Assembly: GCA_950097015.1 (NCBI GenBank)
Contig: CATNEN010000038.1
Location: forward strand, 21,390,001 to 21,454,000
Length of the DNA stretch: 64,000 bases
Source of the DNA: Macrostomum hystrix
Lineage: Eukaryota; Animalia; Platyhelminthes
Reading direction: 5' to 3'
Notes under the pieces: model-generated
Told to the model about the DNA's origin: nothing
Seen by the model: only the letters and a program-made list of their open reading frames with translations
Databases searched by the model: none
Shown: in pieces, positions 61,701-64,000 of the stretch
Layout of the letters: the number at the start of each line of letters is the position of its first letter
Numbering within the stretch: position 1 is the stretch's first letter
Made by a program: the position numbers and the translations under genes

Positions 61701-63629
61701 CAGTGAGAGTGTACACAGCCTTACGAGGTGCATTCAAAAAGTTCTTTTCGGTCCTTTGGCATTGTTTTGTAAATGACACACAGATCAAAATTTTTTCGAA
61801 TGCTGCAAGTTAAGTTTATGGCCTAAACCTTCCTGAGTTTTTAAGCCTTAGCTGGTGACTGTGTCTGAGCTACAAGCAATTTTTTAAGCTACCCTTCTAT
61901 TTCTTGGCCATGGCAGAATCTTTTTCAAAGCAAGACGTTCGGAGCTTGATGAAGTTCCAATTCCTGCAAGGAAAGAAACCTCCGGAGATGTTTAGAGAGC
62001 TTCAGCAAGTGTTTGGTGACAGTGCACCAACTGAACAGACTGTTCGAAAGTGGTTCCGGTTGTTCGCTGAAGGCAGAGAGAGCGTCGAGGACAACGAACG
62101 CTCTGGAAGACCGATGACTGCCACCAACGAGACCGTGGTGAAGAAAGTGCAGGAGCTCCTGGATGATGATCGCAGACTGACTTGCGAAGAGCTGTCAGAA
62201 GATATCGGAGTGTCAGTTGGCAGTGTGCACACCATTCTGACAGAGCGTCTCAACCTGCAGAAGAAATTCAGCAAGTGGGTGCCACACCTGCTGACAGGTG
62301 AGCAGACGATGCAACGTGCTCTGGCCGCCACCAACCACCTGCGCCGTTTCCAGCGAGAAGGAGAGAATTTTCTTTCGAGAATCGTTGCCGGAGATGAAAC
62401 ATGGGTTTATAGCTGGGATCCGGAGACAAAGGCCCAGTCTGCTGAATGGCTTCCAGCCGATTCTCCAAGGCCTCAGAAGGCCATCAGGAAGCAGGGTGCA
62501 TTGAAGATCATGCACGTCATGTTTTTTGATGTCCAGGGAATTCTGCTGAACTGGGCAGTCCCACATGGAACAACTGTGAATGGGGACTATTATAGATGGA
62601 TTCTGCAAGAGAAGCTGCGCCCGGCGATTCGAAAGAAGCGCCCTGGTTTGCTGGAGTCTGGTGTGATCTTGCTGCATGACAATGCGCCGGCTCATCGCAA
62701 GCACAATGTTGTCGAACTCCTGAGCGGTTGGGGCTGGGAAGTGCTGCAACATCCGCCCTACTCGCCCGATTTGTCACCCTGTGACTTCTTCCTATTCCCA
62801 TCTGTGAAGAAGCACCTTCGGGGCATTCGATTCGACAGCGTCGAGCACATCAAAGCTGCTTGCCAAGGTGCGGTGCGTGAAACGGACGCGAGAGGCGTGG
62901 GTACTGGAATCAGAGGTCTGGTGCATCGCTGGCAGAAGTGCAAGGACATTGGCGGTGAATATGTTGAGTGACCGAATGACATTGAATGACCTAAACATGT
63001 TTTCATTGTTCCATACGTTTTTTGTTAATTTTTGCTGAGCACCGAAAAGAACTTTTTGAATGCACCTCGTACGATGAGAAAGTCAGGGCAGGTGTACACC
63101 CCAGTGTGAGTGTGTGCCTGCGTACAGTATCTGTGTGCGTGTGTGCTCAGGAGTCAGCGAAATGGGCAGAATTGCCTCCTCGCTGGCTGCGGGTCTAGTG
63201 ACACCAAATGATGTGCCATTGCCCGCAGCCCTCCTGCAATTACTTATTACACCTTATACACCTTAGTTTATCAATTAAGTTGTATCATCCTCACCGGGTA
63301 TGCTTGGTGACAGCTGCGACTGCCTTGCTTGCATCGGCGCCTTCTTCCTTGAAGCTGACATCTGCAGCAGCCGCCGCCAAGCTAGCCAGACGGCGACGAA
63401 ATTCGGCCAACAGCCGGCGATAATCTCGCGACTGCCTATCTACTCTATGGTCTAAATCAGTCTCCTGTGAGGAGCCTATGAGACTATGCTCAGGCCTTAA
63501 GCTGAGCAAATTCATCGACTGGACCATCAGCGGCAAGCTGAGACCAGAATTCTCATTTCCAGACGACATACGAGCTCGAGTAGAAGAAATAAAAATTCTG
63601 TCTTTTTTGGCCTCTGTCCTATGGAACAT
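58737..63629 (-). CDS. Uncharacterised protein with a C8orf89-like C-terminal motif, about 6 exons
   Basis: Phase-consistent exons 63629(or 63569)-63295, 60948-60853, 60476-60240, 59889-59525, 59227-58961, 58879-58737. The last exon encodes YRYPEAVLGGPASFVQRVLEMSALEGETIRYERAKASRRKAKNL*. The 5' start and exon 2/3 boundaries are less certain. Confidence 0.65.
59315..59487 (-). mobile_element. Diverged tRNA-derived SINE related to family A
   Basis: Minus strand reads gggctgactagcgaatcggttaggc…gggctcgaatc (A/B boxes), then caaccct…tgagagtgcacgctgcct…ggcagataaacac, similar to the family A body. Confidence 0.55.
61724..63069 (+). mobile_element. Full-length mariner (Tc1/mariner, DD34D) transposon, 1346 bp
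   Basis: Perfect 29-bp TIRs cgaggtgcattcaaaaagttcttttcggt (61724-61752 / 63041-63069); TA duplication at 61722-23 and 63070-71. Confidence 0.97.
61910..62971 (+). CDS. Mariner transposase (353 aa, intact)
   Basis: Two HTH regions, WVPHLL linker, GDETW, HDNAPAH, YSPDLSPCD; 34 residues between the 2nd and 3rd catalytic Asp; first ATG at 61910. Confidence 0.96.
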   Translation: MAESFSKQDVRSLMKFQFLQGKKPPEMFRELQQVFGDSAPTEQTVRKWFRLFAEGRESVEDNERSGRPMTATNETVVKKVQELLDDDRRLTCEELSEDIGVSVGSVHTILTERLNLQKKFSKWVPHLLTGEQTMQRALAATNHLRRFQREGENFLSRIVAGDETWVYSWDPETKAQSAEWLPADSPRPQKAIRKQGALKIMHVMFFDVQGILLNWAVPHGTTVNGDYYRWILQEKLRPAIRKKRPGLLESGVILLHDNAPAHRKHNVVELLSGWGWEVLQHPPYSPDLSPCDFFLFPSVKKHLRGIRFDSVEHIKAACQGAVRETDARGVGTGIRGLVHRWQKCKDIGGEYVE

Positions 63630-64000
63630 CTATCTCTATATATAGTGTTTGTGTGTGAGCCTTTGAGCAGTTAGCTAATTTTTTTAATTAATACTCTTTT
63701 TCTCAGGTGCATCCTAGCATCCTCCAATCCCATTTGCTTTCTCTAGCTCATTGGAACCGCTCATGGTGTGTGTGTGTGTTTTTCTAGTTAAAATGAACGT
63801 AAATACACTATACTCTTGTCTTTTCTTCCTCTCTCTCTCTCTCCCTCATCGCCTATGCCTGTTAAGCCTAATATCATTCTTCCTAACCAATAGGTATGGG
63901 ATCTTTTCAACCAAATGGAAGCGGCTTACTTAATTGCTTGCGTAGATTGTAATGGGCTAATTTTACATTTGCATTTTAAATGCATTCTCGCTATATAGAA

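Larger units (their letters stand above)
61544..63245 (+). mobile_element. tRNA-derived SINE family A split by the mariner (5' part 61544-61723, 3' part 63070-63245)
   Basis: A-box tggcagagtgg, B-box gttcgattcc; removing the mariner restores gtacacagcctTAcgatgagaaagtcagggcag, collinear with the other copies. Confidence 0.9.

Overview
Eukaryotic (metazoan) genomic DNA with GT-AG introns, CAG/poly-Gln-rich exons and about 24 unrelated minisatellite arrays covering roughly 19 kb (~30% by my tally). The style suggests a free-living flatworm such as Macrostomum; this is inference only. Spliced genes reconstructed by hand: a divergent Smoothened (minus strand, 9 coding exons, 11142 to 1899, 3' end unresolved), an intronless secreted hyper-acidic protein (16995-17453), two tandem 5-exon serpins (19429-21649, 24581-27373), a taxilin (39533-43388), CDC27/APC3 (45539-53957), a small Tim chaperone (57678-57971) and a 6-exon minus-strand gene with a C8orf89-like C-terminus (63629 to 58737). 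Three small spliced genes are missed or mis-started by the ORF track: a secreted cystine-knot peptide (35583-35906), a candidate myristoylated micro-AKAP (30102-32006) and a tentative micro-exon gene with a VDAC-like N-terminus (34433 to 33326). Mobile DNA includes an intact DD34D mariner with perfect 29-bp TIRs and a TA duplication, inserted in a tRNA-derived SINE, five more copies of that SINE, two other SINE-like copies and several MITE/foldback elements. Most long ORFs in the track are minisatellite artefacts.
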